From: Podarcis melisellensis
Taxonomy: Eukaryota
DNA: 64,000 bases
Direction: 5' to 3' (one strand)
Assembly: GCA_964234715.1 (NCBI GenBank)
Contig: OZ174286.1
Part shown: one piece after another, positions 1 to 11,937 of the stretch
Position numbering within the stretch: position 1 is the first letter of the stretch
How the letters are laid out: every line of letters begins with the position of its first letter
Translations under genes and position numbers: made by a program
Notes under the pieces: generated by a model
What the model saw: the letters and a program-made list of their open reading frames with translations, nothing else
Database searches by the model: none
Told to the model about the DNA's origin: nothing

Positions 1-39
1 GATTCTAAGCAATGTATAATGTACGACGTCTTCATATAC

Positions 40-720
40 TTGTTGGCATCCGCCTGTCTTGAGAGACAGTGGAGTGCATCTCCAGGAGCAAAGTCAAACT
101 GCTGGAGAAGCACAGCACCTGCTGTGTTGGTAACTCAGAACTGCTGCCTCCTGTGTTATGTTGGCTGTGGTAGCATCACAGAAGTGACCTTCCTGAGGCG
201 CAAGCCTGAGCAGTATGTATTGAGGTCTTGAGCTGCCCAAACGACAATACCCCCCTCTCAGCCTTGCTGATGTATTGCTCTGCTTTCCTTTGGACTACGT
301 TTGGCACCAGCTTGGCTGTAGGAATTTCTGGAAGGAATCGTACAAGGTGCCATTGAACCGTCTTAGGGATTCTACTTCGGATTGGTGTAGGGTTTACTCC
401 TGAGCCTTTTCTTCTGCCAAAGATGTTCTGCAAGGCAGTGGATGTCTAGGATCAGAATTTTCCTTCTTTTTGATGGGCTACCCTCCCAGAGAAGTCCCAC
501 CTGCCCCTCACTTCCCTCTACAGCTCATGCAGAAACTGCTTTCTTGACTGTTGGACCTACTATTGGTCTCATCCGCTCAATCTGCCGGAGCCTGTCTTTG
601 CATGTAGGGGAAGTCAGTAACTCAGCAAGGGTTTGAAACCCATGAGCTACCTTCACCTGGTTTAACCGACCAGTCAAAGCTGTTCCTGGGGTGCAGCTGC
701 TATCGCATGCTGACAGCTTC
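40..720 (-). mobile_element. Non-autonomous RTE-derived retroelement (5'UTR-like part plus RTE-like 3' end), about 680 bp
   Basis: The - strand has the RTE 5'UTR-like motif GGTAGCCCATC..AGAAGGAAAATTCTGA and ends ...TCTCAAGACAGGCGGATGCCAACA like RTE 3' ends; a partial second copy lies at about 44245-44424; no RT ORF. Confidence 0.6.
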
Positions 721-2765
721 TAGGAGTACTGAATATGTTTGTAGAAAAATGTGTGTTAAGTGTAAACAGCACCTGAGAAAACTGGCCAGAGCTAATCTTT
801 TAGGTGAAAGTTTATATTGCTTTTCCAAAGTACATAACAAAATGTCACCCTTTTGAATTACACTGATTACGCTTTGTTGGTCTTTATCACATCTAAATTT
901 GCTCTTGGAGTCAGCTGGGTTTCATTTGGTTTAAAGAAAACATTCCCTTTATTTTATGGGATGAATGCTGATACATATAGAATCAAAATGGCACCTCACC
1001 CACCCACACGAGAGGCAGCAGAAGACACAGGGGAACTCAGGTTTGCAGAAGTACAGCATTAGAAATAAAAAGAAAAGGGGACCAAGATCAGGAAATGGAT
1101 TGTGTATACATGTGCACAACCATTTTCTGTCCTGACAGTTGCAGGAGGTGGGGAAGGAGAAGTATGGGCAGTAGTTCCACTGCCATCCGTACTCATTTGG
1201 GAGGCCAGACTTGCAATAACAGCTGCCACTGGAACTGTGCAAGCTATGAATGTCCTTCATTCTTCCTGTAACACATTTGCCTGTCCCAGATTTGAAAGCA
1301 GATAGAGGAATGATGGAAATCCCTAAGGTGGGGCTTCTGGCATCTCTCTTAGAAATGAGACTGACTCTAGGTTGAGAAGGAGAATGTGTCAGCACAGCAG
1401 GCTGCTAAAAGAAATAGGAGGCCTCTATCTCTGCCCAGTTAGAGCACAAGATCATGGGTGGAGGCTTGATGATACCCTGTGGGAATTCCTCTGGGTGTTG
1501 CACCAATGGAACTGGAGAAACTCATATTTAATGTAAAATGCTGTAACTTTGATGAAGTTTAATCATCAGGTGTTAAGTTTAACATGGCTTCTACATGGTT
1601 TAATTTTATTAATTTCCCAAAGGGAAATGAGGACCTCAACTAAGTTCCAACATGGTACAAGTTTCTGAACAAAGCTTTCTTTCATTTGTCATACATGAAC
1701 ATGCAACACCTTTGACCCTGTGGAAATACTAGAAAAAATAAATTTTCTCTATTATGTCTTTATATATATATTGTATATGGCCACTTGCTACCTGATTCAC
1801 TAGTACTGCACAATATTTTTCTCAGGGGTATATTTTTAAAACTTCATTAAAGATTCACGTTTGGTGTTTTTCCAGATTGTGTGAAGTAAATTAGAATATA
1901 TTTGGCCTTCATATTTAAGCAGTATTTTAATTTAATCAATATGTCAAATATGTTTATATTATTTGTGGAATGCTTTCCTCAGGGAGCTTCACCTGGTGCC
2001 ATCATTACATGTCTTTAGGCGCTAGGCAAAAACGTTTCTCTTCAACCAGGTGTTTGGCTGATTAACATTCTATGGCTTTTTAAATGTGTTTGTGGGAGTG
2101 GGGTTATTGGTTTGTTTTTGTTTTATTATGTATTTTGCATTCTCATTTTGTATTTTAATGTTGTGAACTGCACTAGGATCTTCAGATGGAGGGTGGTATA
2201 CAAATTTAAACAACAACAACTTTAAGTGGACAAAGTGCTTGTTGACACTTAAGGAAGTGAAACCATACTGCACTTGTTTCACTGGCTTACGTCTGCCATT
2301 TTGAAAAAAATATTTGAAGCATTTCCAAAAATGGCTTTTACAAGAAACAAACCCCAACCCTGAAACCCCATAGTAATTCTGTTGCAGAATTCGGAGTGCA
2401 ATCTAGCCACATTTAAGCACTTTGAACTTCAATTAGAGAGCATTAAGGAGATGTTCAAATCTTTTCCATTAAAATGAATGAAACCTAAGTTTTTAATGGT
2501 TGGCTGAATTATGTTCTGTTTTGGTTTTTAAAAAACAAACCTTTGGCAAGAATTCAAAGGGCTGTGAATTGTGTTTCATGCAAACACACATTTTCTTTTC
2601 TTTGAAAAAGGCCTGGTTTGCACTGCAGCACCTGCTGTGCCTTAAAAACATTGTACTTGAGGGTTGGGGAAGCCTTCTTGAGCAGTAGTTGATATGGTTC
2701 AAGGGGGTGCAGCTAGAAGGGAAAATATGCAATCCATTTGTGCATATATGGAAGTATTTTAGGCA

Positions 2766-3104
2766 TGTGGGTTAAACCACAGAGCCTAGGACTTGCCGAT
2801 CAGAAGGTCGGTGGTTCGAATCCCCGTGACAGGGTGAGCTCCCATTGCTCGGTCCCTGCTCCTGCCAACCTAGCATTTCGAAAGCACATCAAAGTGCAAG
2901 TAGATAAATAGGTACCAATCCGGCGGGAAGGTAAAGGGTGTTTCCATGCGCTGTTCTGGTTTGCCAGAAGCGGCTTAGTCATGCTGGCCACATGACTCGG
3001 AAGCTGTACTCCGGCTCCCTCAGCCAATAAAGTGAGATGAGCGCCGCAACCCCAGAGTCGGCCACAATTGGACCTAATGGTCAGGGGTCCCTTTACCTTT
3101 ACCT
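2766..3104 (+). mobile_element. Sauria SINE, slightly 5'-truncated
   Basis: B-box GGTTCGAATCC, core AAGTGCAAGTAGATAAATAGGTACC, (ACCTTT)n tail. Confidence 0.93.
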
Positions 3105-3581
3105 ATAGAGCTCTACAGATCCTGGCTCATAACTACTAAATTTTTACCAGTAGAAAATCATCTTGTCTCTCCATTAGTCTTTGATACTTCACCAGCAGTT
3201 CTATACCTTCTTATCTGGAACTAAGTTCTTGAAACTCTTAGGAAACTTCTGAATAGGCCTCCATAGGATTGCACTGTTAGCACTATGATGTTTGAGATAA
3301 GCAAAAACATTTTTTTTATATTAATTTTTATTGAACAACAAAGACAGACAGTACACATGAAGAGAAAAACAAACATTAACAACAAAATCATGTAAGTTAA
3401 ACGCAAGGAGTTTCATAATAAAGTCAAAAGAAAAATCAGGCGTGAATGAAATGGGTACAGTTATAAAAGGCTTATATAACACAACTTACATTGTACAATA
3501 AAGGAAATAGGAAAAAACAAAAAGGTACTGCCTGTTTATGGAGTGCTAAATAAATTTTTGTTTGAAGGGGTTTGAATTTTG

Positions 3582-3645
3582 AATAATAAGCTTCTGTCTT
3601 ACAAATAAGCTTGTGTCTTACAAATAATAAGCTTGTGTCTTACAA
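3582..3645 (+). repeat. Three-copy minisatellite (unit about AATAAGCTTGTGTCTTACA)
   Basis: Direct reading. Confidence 0.85.
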
Positions 3646-4364
3646 AAATATTTTCTCCAGTTAATTTAAGATTTAGTTACTAATTTTTAAATGACAAGCA
3701 GCACTGCAGAAAAAATCCATACATATGTTAATGAATATGTATAAATATTGGTGTAAATGTATTGTATTTCATCATATTGTATTTTCCTTTATACGTTGTA
3801 CAGAAAATTAAAAATTACCTTTCAAATTACAATAGTCTGAACAACCTAAAGGAAAAGAGCTATCTTACAAAAGCTTATATCTGCAAATCTGAGGCAATAA
3901 AGATTAATTTACAGAATAACCTGTTGTTACACGTTGCAAAAGCATGCATTTCAGCAGGAACTAGTGTTTGGAAAAATAGCTGACATTTTCTGTATTTAAT
4001 AAATAGAAGTATCATGATTAAGTGTAAGGGGATGCCAGTATGTGCACTTCTATTAATTGCTGCAATCTGATGCTTGCAAAACTGACAGCTGATATCTTGC
4101 TCATATATTAGTAAGTGTATTTTGTTCTTTATAGTTCCCTGTCAGTTTAATATTTTTTTTAAACCCACCTTTAAAGTGCTCAGTTATTTTAAGTGGCAAC
4201 TTTATAACATAGTTAGCTTTAACTTTCTCTATGCTGTTTTAGAATGTTGGGACACATCTATGTTTCTGAATTGAAATAACATTGTGTGTCTTTTGGAGTA
4301 CAGTTAATTTATTGTGGTCTAACTGTCTCTCTCAACTTCCTCTTTCCCACTTCAATACTGTTAG

Positions 4365-4620
4365 ACTTACACAAGCACTACCAACAACTCTATGACAGGC
4401 TCATTGAAGAGGCTGGAAGATACAGCAGCTCGCTTTACAAATGCAAATTTCCAGGAAGTGTCTGCACATGCTTCAAGTGGTAAAGATGTTTCAGAGGCCA
4501 GAGGTTCAGAGAGCAAAGGGAAGAAGTCCGCAGGTCATAATTCAGGTCAGAGGGGAAGAAAGCCTGGTGGTGGAAGGACTCCTGGAGCTCCGGTGTCAGC
4601 AGCTTGTACTTTTCAACAAG
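4365..4620 (+). CDS. MLLT10: MLLT10/AF10 internal exon (TYTSTTNNSMTGSLKRLEDTAARFTNANFQEVSAH...CTFQQ), 256 nt
   Basis: ttag acceptor at 4361-4364 after a pyrimidine tract; AAG|gtatta donor; translation closely matches recalled AF10 sequence; phase 0 to 1. Confidence 0.95.
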
Positions 4621-5553
4621 GTATTATTCAAGAATACTATATAACTTCCATGACTGCCAAGAATTAAATAGGTTAAAAACTTTGCAAATTTAGATGAACT
4701 TTTCTATGTATTATATTTGATCAATGCAATAACTGAATTGTATGCTAATTTAGTTGAGAGAAATTTTTTTGGGACAGCTAGCAGAAGTAATGCATCTTTT
4801 TTTCTTGAAATAGGTAAGTACTATTATTATGATTAGAATATTCCTTTCCAGGAATATTTTTATATCTATGAAATATAACCATCTGCGGGGATGAACCCTG
4901 TTTTTCCAGCTGAGACACAGGCAAATGATTTTGTATTCATACAGTCTTTCAGGTTGTGGATTACATTTAATCAATCACTACATTTCTTTAGTCTGCATGC
5001 AGTAACACTTTTCTTTTGGAAGCAAACTGCTCATACTACTTACTAAATAATGGACTGTCTACAATCAATGGTTGTTTAAATGGTGATATTTTAATATTTG
5101 ACACCGTATTTAGCTCACTTCATTCTAGTTATCCTTTCCATATGTTATGATCCACTCTTTTTGCACACAGATACCCTACTGTAGTTATGGATTTCTTCTG
5201 CCACGACAGAAGAATCAGGCAACTATGATTAATACTAACCTCTGAACCATGTTTTTCAAAACCACGATTTCAAATAATTGCTTGAAACCTGTAACATACA
5301 ACTAACTATGGTTGTACTATAATAGAGGAGGGAATCTTTTGTGTAGGTGAGAATAAGCAATCCAGACTTGATTTGATTTTCCAACTCATGGTGTGGAGGA
5401 TCATCTGAATTAAGCCAAAGTCACCCTGGGTCTCTGCTGATGAACCTAAGAGTTCCAGGCCTATCACTCCCCATTCCCTCCTACGAGCAAACAGTTTTTG
5501 CAAACTTCCTGTGGTATTTCTGTCTGTTCCTCTTACTTTAGTTTTTGGGAGAT

Positions 5554-5698
5554 GGGGGATAGCTCAGTCAGTAGAGCATGAGACTCAATCTCAGGCTTGT
5601 GGGTTCGAGCCCAACGTTGGGCAAAAGATTCTTGCATTGCTGGGAGTTGGACTAGATGATCCTCGTGGTCCCTTCCAACTCTTCATTTCTACAATTCT
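5554..5698 (+). mobile_element. tRNA-Lys(CTT)-derived SINE with a CR1-type 3' tail
   Basis: Head TAGCTCAGTCAGTAGAGCATGAGACTC--AATCTCAGG..GTGGGTTCGAGCCC..CGTTGGGC lacks the anticodon TT; followed by GTTGGACTAGATGA..GGTCCCTTCCAACTC. Confidence 0.82.
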
Positions 5699-5894
5699 CC
5701 TTGACGCTATAAAGTAGAAACAGCCCCTTCCATGCCTGTTTTTCCACCCCTGCAGTTATTCAGTATACCTGGGCTTTGTTCCAGACAGCTGGTACAGGTG
5801 GGAAGCCAAAATACCTTGGCATCTCTTCCAGATTCAAAACAGCCTGTTTGAAAAGTAGTTGTTGCCTGTCCTGGGCTTGTGGGGAAAAGACAAT

Positions 5895-6088
5895 ATATCA
5901 AACAGCAGATAACATACTTGTAGAAGGTCCCAGTTTCCATCCCTGGTATCTCCAGTTACCCAGGCTGTAGAGCTTGGGAAAACCACCGCCAGATGCTGCT
6001 AGGTAGGGTGGACAATATTGGGTAGACAGTATTAGTCATGATGGACCAAATTGTCTGGCTCTGTATAAGGCAGCTTTTCATAGGTTCA
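5895..6088 (+). mobile_element. Degenerate squamate tRNA-derived SINE (Squam3-like)
   Basis: gaaggtcccag..tccctggtatctccag..gatggacca..tataaggcagctt; related copies at about 56403-56747 and 61700-61850. Confidence 0.55.
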
Positions 6089-6988
6089 AGTGGGCTAGAA
6101 AGGCGAATACCAAGTGTGTGTTAACACATACAAAAATCTAATCCTTCCTAATGGATTTTGCTTATATTATCCACATTATATACAGGACATAAACTGCCTA
6201 GTATAAGATATAAATGCAAAACACATGCACATTTCCAGTGCAGTTCTGTGCATGTTTACTCAAAAATAGGTCCCACTATGTTCAATACGACTTACTCCCA
6301 GGTAAGCATGCATAGGATAGTAACCTGAGTGTACTTGAGATAAATATTGATATTTAAGTAGAATAAGAAATACTGTTTGTAATTATGCATAGCTCTCTAA
6401 ATGAAATGTGAATGTCAGCTTCCTTTGGGGCAGTACAAACAATTTTTCTTCTTTATTCTTGTTACACTTGAGACTATTCCTTTAGATATTGAGCAGGATT
6501 ACCTTGTGGTGATTTTCTGTTGTATTTTCTATAATATCTTTCCTCAACTTGCATAAACATTACACAGTATGGGAGCATGTTGGAATAAAGACAAAAGGAT
6601 TAGTGCTCAAACAAGGAAGAAATTAGACATGTAAGAAAAGCTGTCTTGGCCATTTTCCTCAGTATAGTGTCCTAATTTTCTCCTTCTGATGAATGTCAAC
6701 CTATATTTTAGAAGTGTATTGGGAACACTTGGCTTCAAATACCCTGATTAGCAGTTATTTACTGGCAGGCTACTTTGCCATTGGGCTAGACAGTTATACC
6801 CACTTTTCCAGTTTCCCTCCATGCTACCTTAAATATGGGAGCTGGTAGGAAGCGAACAGGGATTAGAGGCTTCCCTCTCTTCTTAATGTACCTGATGTTC
6901 TCCTTATGATTCTCCTTTTGTGGAGAGGAGTTAGGAGGAAAAGATTGGAGTGCACCTCTGACAAGTGTGTGTCTTAAGTCATTTATGC

Positions 6989-6989
<1 letters not shown>

Positions 6990-7019
<30 letters not shown>

Positions 7020-7050
7020 CTTCTTCTTCTTCTTCTTCTTCTTCTTCTTC
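6990..7050 (+). repeat. (CTT)n microsatellite, about 20 units
   Basis: Direct reading. Confidence 0.98.
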
Positions 7051-8752
7051 AATTTATTCCCCACCTTTCTTTCATCAAGGTGGTATGGATAGTTTCCCCC
7101 TTTCACGTTTTATCCTTGCAACAATTGTTGAGTTTCTGGGGTGTAGGTGTGCCTCCTAGTGCAGCACTCTACATCACACTAGTTGTCAACCTAACTTATC
7201 TTTCCTTTATATGAAGCTGTTTCAAGACACCTAAAAGGGAGGGAATGGTTTGGCAGCTGTGAAATCATTTGCCACTCTCTTCTGTCATATAAAATATAAT
7301 GCATTTCATCATGTTATTCAGAAACTTTATCTTATTGTCTGGCACCTGGAAGCTTTTTTAAAATTTGCATTAAGCTGTTCAGTCACATTATCTTCTGATT
7401 TTCTGTAGATTTTGCATTTTACTGTTGTTTTCACAATCTGGTTTATCTTATTATTTTATTTTTGATTTGTGTATAATTGTATAGTGTAACCTTTTTACAT
7501 TTTTGTCTTGGCCTAAGGACCACCAGCTGCCAACCCCTTTTCGTCCAGCAAGGAATTACTGCATGCTGTCATTTTTGTTAGTCCAGCATCCTGTTCTCAC
7601 AGTGGCCAGCTGGTCATGCTAATCATACCAAAATTAACTGTGCTTAATCTTAGCTGCTTTGTTGCAAGAAACTATGGTTAAGAGTAACCACAGTTTAGAG
7701 TGGCAAACTCTAATTAATCTACAATGCAGTCTAAAGTTTCTGAGCTCCTCATAGAGGGGGAAGGGAAAATTATATGAGATTGAGACTTGTTATTGTAATC
7801 CCTCAGTTGACTGTAAATTTCTGAGGAGCCAAGTAGGGACTTTGCAAGACCTGGCAGTCACTGATTGAATCCTAGGATCACAGTTATAATGCTAAACTAT
7901 GGTTTGTTATGACATCTGAACCATCTCTTTTCACTTTTTACAGTTATGTTCATCTGCCTCTGTACTGAAAGCATTTGAAATATATGCAAAGTATTTTAAA
8001 AGGCATTCAATACAATGCTCATGTTTATTGTAGGAATATTCTTTTCCTATTGGAAAGCTTTGTGATTAATTTTCAGTTATTTTGAGACTTATTTATTATG
8101 GTTTTGCTGAAACTGGTAGAACTAATAATTAGAAGCGAACATATTGGCCATGTTTGGATTACATTTTCTGAGAAATGTTTTGTTCATACAGATTTGCCTT
8201 GTGGGGAATTAGTCAGTGCCATCTACAAAGGGCAAGTCAGAGTGATAGAAACAGGGATAAACTTAGGGCACACTGCCATCCCCCCAGTTACCCTGACATC
8301 TTTTCTGCCCCTGGGCAGTTGTGGCTGAGAAATTATATTCTAGAGGTTTTTCATTGGCACGATATCATAAAACAGTTTTATAAAACAATGTGAACATTGG
8401 TGCCAAAGTTGAATTACAGAGTGATAAGAACCTCTACTTTGTGATTTACTTGGGCTTTATCCATTTTATTAGTGCAGTCTCAGTCATTACTGTCTAGGGC
8501 TAGGCCAATAAAGAGCTGAAAGAAATGAAGGTTGGCTGGGAATATGAGAACATAACATGTGCTGTAACTTTGCCACTTCCCTGCCCCTTTTAGACGGCAC
8601 AAAGACCAGAGCAAAACTCTTATAGAACACAAACAGCAAAGCTGCTGTAACTTCTTGTTTGCCAACAAGATACATGTGCTAATTGTATTGCTGTGCTTAC
8701 ACATTTGCCAGTTTATTTTATTTTTAACACTCTTTTTTGTCCTTTTCTCCAG

Positions 8753-9322
8753 GAAGTTTTTTGGGAACTCCTAGTAGTATAAAGTCATCTTCCGGAAGTT
8801 CAGTTCAGTCTCCCCAGGACTTTTTGAGTTTTACAGACTCGGATCTACGTAATGACAGCTATACTCATTCCCAGCAGACATTGTCGACCAAAGATGTACA
8901 TAAAGGAGAGACTGGAAGCCAGGAAGGGGGTGTGAATTGTTTTACTTCCTTAATTGGTCTTCCTTCAACCTCAACTGTTGCCTCCCAGCCTAATATTTTT
9001 GACAGCTCACCTGGAGAGTTGGGTAATTCAAGCCTTACATCAACAGGATACAAGCGTGTTCAGTCCTCTGGGACAGAAGATGAAACTGTAAAGGAAAAGA
9101 AGCGGAAAGGAAATAAGCAGTGTAAACATGGGCCTGGTAGGCCAAAAGGAAATAAAAGCCAGGAGAATATTTCCCACCTATCGGTTTGTTCTGCCTCCCC
9201 AACATCATCTGTGGCATCTGCTGCAGGAAGTATAACCAGTTCTAATTTGCAAAAATCTCCAACGTTGCTTAGGAATGGAAGTCTACAAAGTCTCAGTGTT
9301 GGCTCCTCCCCTGTTGGTTCAG
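8753..9322 (+). CDS. MLLT10: MLLT10 570-nt exon, Ser-rich, with basic NLS-like KKRK and AT-hook (HGPGRPKGNK)
   Basis: ttctccag acceptor, CAG|gtaggc donor; lies within ORF 8737..9372; GRP AT-hook core at 9136-9144. Confidence 0.97.
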
Positions 9323-11276
9323 GTAGGCATATGTTTTACTTTAGAAAGCAAAAGTTTGAGTATATAATATAACATGGAACTTTTGGTCTCAATGATCATA
9401 TACATTCAGTCTAAGTTGATGCCCCCTAAACTGGCTATCTTGAAAACAGAAAAATTAACACACACTCCATCACACTATACACCTGTTTGGAAAAATGACT
9501 AACAAAGATTGAACTTATAACTAGAAACAAACTGAGGTCTCATCCAATAATGCCTGTTAAGAAAATGTGTAATGACTTTCTTTGCTTTGTATTAATATTC
9601 TCAGTGTTTCACGAGGATCCCTGATAGACACATCCAAAGATAATTGTTTTGTTCTGTAATAGCATTTGGCTTTGCTATTAAAGTTTTATTTAAAAAAATA
9701 AAACCTAAATTAAAGTTTTGCAAATAGTTGAAAAAGTAAAGGAGACATGTGCTTAGTTTTCTTCAGCATCCTTGAAAACTGTTTCTGCAGTCACCTTAAC
9801 AGGGCTAGTGGCTGTCTGTTACAGGTCTCTTTTTCGGTGCTACTTATGTTTAGGCCACTAAAGACCTATTTCAAGAATTCCTAGGATTGAATATCTGAAC
9901 TTGGCTTTGGATTGAGGGGTTTAGAATACCAGGTGCTGTGATTTTTTTTTGTTAAGGTGTAGAATCCTTAGAAATGTTAGAATTTCAGTGCAAGACTATA
10001 AACTAGAAAGCCTTTATGGAGGCATGAAATAATTTCTTAACTGGGTGGGTTTTAGGTATACTTTATAGAGGCACCACAAAAATACATTTCCTACAGTTTG
10101 TGTCCAAATATTTAATCAGTGGTGTTGGATGGAAAAATTCCCCCAGTTATATTTTCCCATGGAACACTTTTCAGATTGAGGTATGCATTGTTTTCTAAAA
10201 TTAACTAGCAATGTAATTAATTTGACTATTTGGAGAACTTTTCAGATATTTAAACAGTAAGTAAAATTATTACAACTTTTTAATTTTTATTTAACCAGGT
10301 CAGACTTACTTGGTTCAGATACCCTTTGATTTAAGATAGATGAATTTATTTATTTTTTTGGATTTCAAGATTTTTCAGAAAATTCACTACTGTTTCCAAT
10401 AAGAGATTTCCTACAAACCAGGATATATTTTAATGGAAAAAAGACTAGGGGAATATAGTAGCAGAAGGTAACAGCTATTTGAATTCCTCTTTCTGGCTTG
10501 CAAACAAGCGGATATTTTGTAACTGGGAAGCAGCTACCAAAACTGCTGTTATTTTAAGCGTACAGTTTCCTTTACTCTAGAATGAAAGCAGTCAACAGCA
10601 TTGTGTGGCTTTTTAACAGGCATTATCTTTCCTGGATGTGCCGTTTCTTCCTTAAAATTCCAACCGCTTCCCTGATAATTGCAACTGTAACTTTTAAAGA
10701 ATGATTTAAATATCCTGTGTATGTGAGTTTGAACTTTCTCTCCAAAACTATTCTTCCTCCAACTCTTTATTTCTTGCCTATCAAACTTTAAAAATGTTTC
10801 TGCACAGGAAGTCACTGTTGGCTATTCTTGCTTAACAGTTCTTGAAGAACATAGAACTTTAAGGCGGGGGGAGACCTGAAATTTGTGTGTATTTTAATTT
10901 GGGCACATAAAGTAAATTGATGTGGGGAATTTGAAAAGTATGCAGAAAGTACAAGGTCTGTTACACTGCCAGCATCCCCTCCAATTTGTGACAGCCTTGA
11001 TATTTAAAATGTCTTTATGTATGCAATGTTTAGCACTTTCAGGCACACCGGCAGGAGTGAGCAACAACACAGTGTTGTTACCCCTCTATTATATGTGGAA
11101 ATGTTATCATTGGAATATGGTCTTTGGGAGCAGAAAGCCCTTTGTGATATAGCTCGATTCATCAAGTACCTATGCAGGAACTATATCAGTTAAGCAGGAT
11201 CAACACTGCTTTGAAAACAATATACAAGGGGACCTTCAGCTGTCATCTGCACTATATTTTCCATATCTTTTCCAAT

Positions 11277-11423
11277 CAATGGCGTAGCGTGGGGGGTGCA
11301 GGGGGAGCTGGCCCCACCGGGTGCAACACCTGCCGGATAGGGTTAGGGGGCGCAAATCCACAGGTTAGGGGGTGCAAATTACTTGCCTTGCCCCGGGTAC
11401 TGACAACCCACGCTACGCCACTG
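11277..11423. mobile_element. hAT-type MITE, 147 bp
   Basis: 17-bp TIR CA(A/G)TGGCGTAGCGTGGG; perfect 8-bp TSD TTTCCAAT at 11269-11276 and 11424-11431. Confidence 0.93.
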
Positions 11424-11855
11424 TTTCCAATGAAATATGAAACAGGATACAATCCATGATATTTGGTCTAATAATTTGATGAATTTGGAAATCAACCATT
11501 TGAGAATTTCAGAGATGTTGTATTGTTACATACAGTGGCTATTAGTCATGTTCATATATCTATTTCACATGCAGTCTTGCTTGTCCACTCCTAAATCACG
11601 CATAAAAGTCTTTGTAGACATGAAACACATGAAACATGAAAGTGGTAAAGGAAATGACAATTGAGAAAATGCAAATAAAAAATGTGGGGATGGTCCATAG
11701 AGTGCTGAGTGCTTCCTACATGGGAATTACTGTGATGATTGGCACTCCAAAGTTCTATACTGGTCAGAAGGACCTTGTTAGAGATCATAAGAGGTTGGCA
11801 TGGAAAGGCCACCTCCAGAAGGCCAACATACAAATGTAGAAATCAGTGCATGGCT

Positions 11856-11937
11856 ATAAGAACATAAGAGCCTGGTGATTCAGGCCAGTGACCCATCTAG
11901 TCCAGCATTCTGTTCTCACAGTGGCCAAACAGATGCT
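11856..11937 (-). mobile_element. Short CR1-like 3'-end fragment
   Basis: ataagaacataaga...ccatctagtccagcattctgttctcacagtggcca; similar piece at about 7579-7610. Confidence 0.55.

Noticed and set aside
2800-3027. Recurring peptide ...HVASMTKPLLANQ... (also 50047-50262 and 54874-55152) resembling a small gene family
   Set aside because: Antisense translations of non-coding Sauria SINE copies.
1-4364. Earlier MLLT10 exons (PZP domain)
   Set aside because: No matching coding sequence was seen; the region is intronic and repeat-rich.
5554-5622. Apparent tRNA-Lys gene
   Set aside because: The anticodon loop has a 2-nt deletion, the 5' acceptor stem is altered, and it runs into a CR1-type tail, so it is a SINE head.
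6786-7159. Poly-Lys and poly-Ser ORFs
   Set aside because: Translations of the (CTT)n microsatellite.
9547-10626. 14-bp perfect inverted repeat ATAATGCCTGTTAA about 1 kb apart
   Set aside because: Several 14-mer matches are expected by chance in 64 kb of AT-rich DNA, and there is no TSD or terminal structure.
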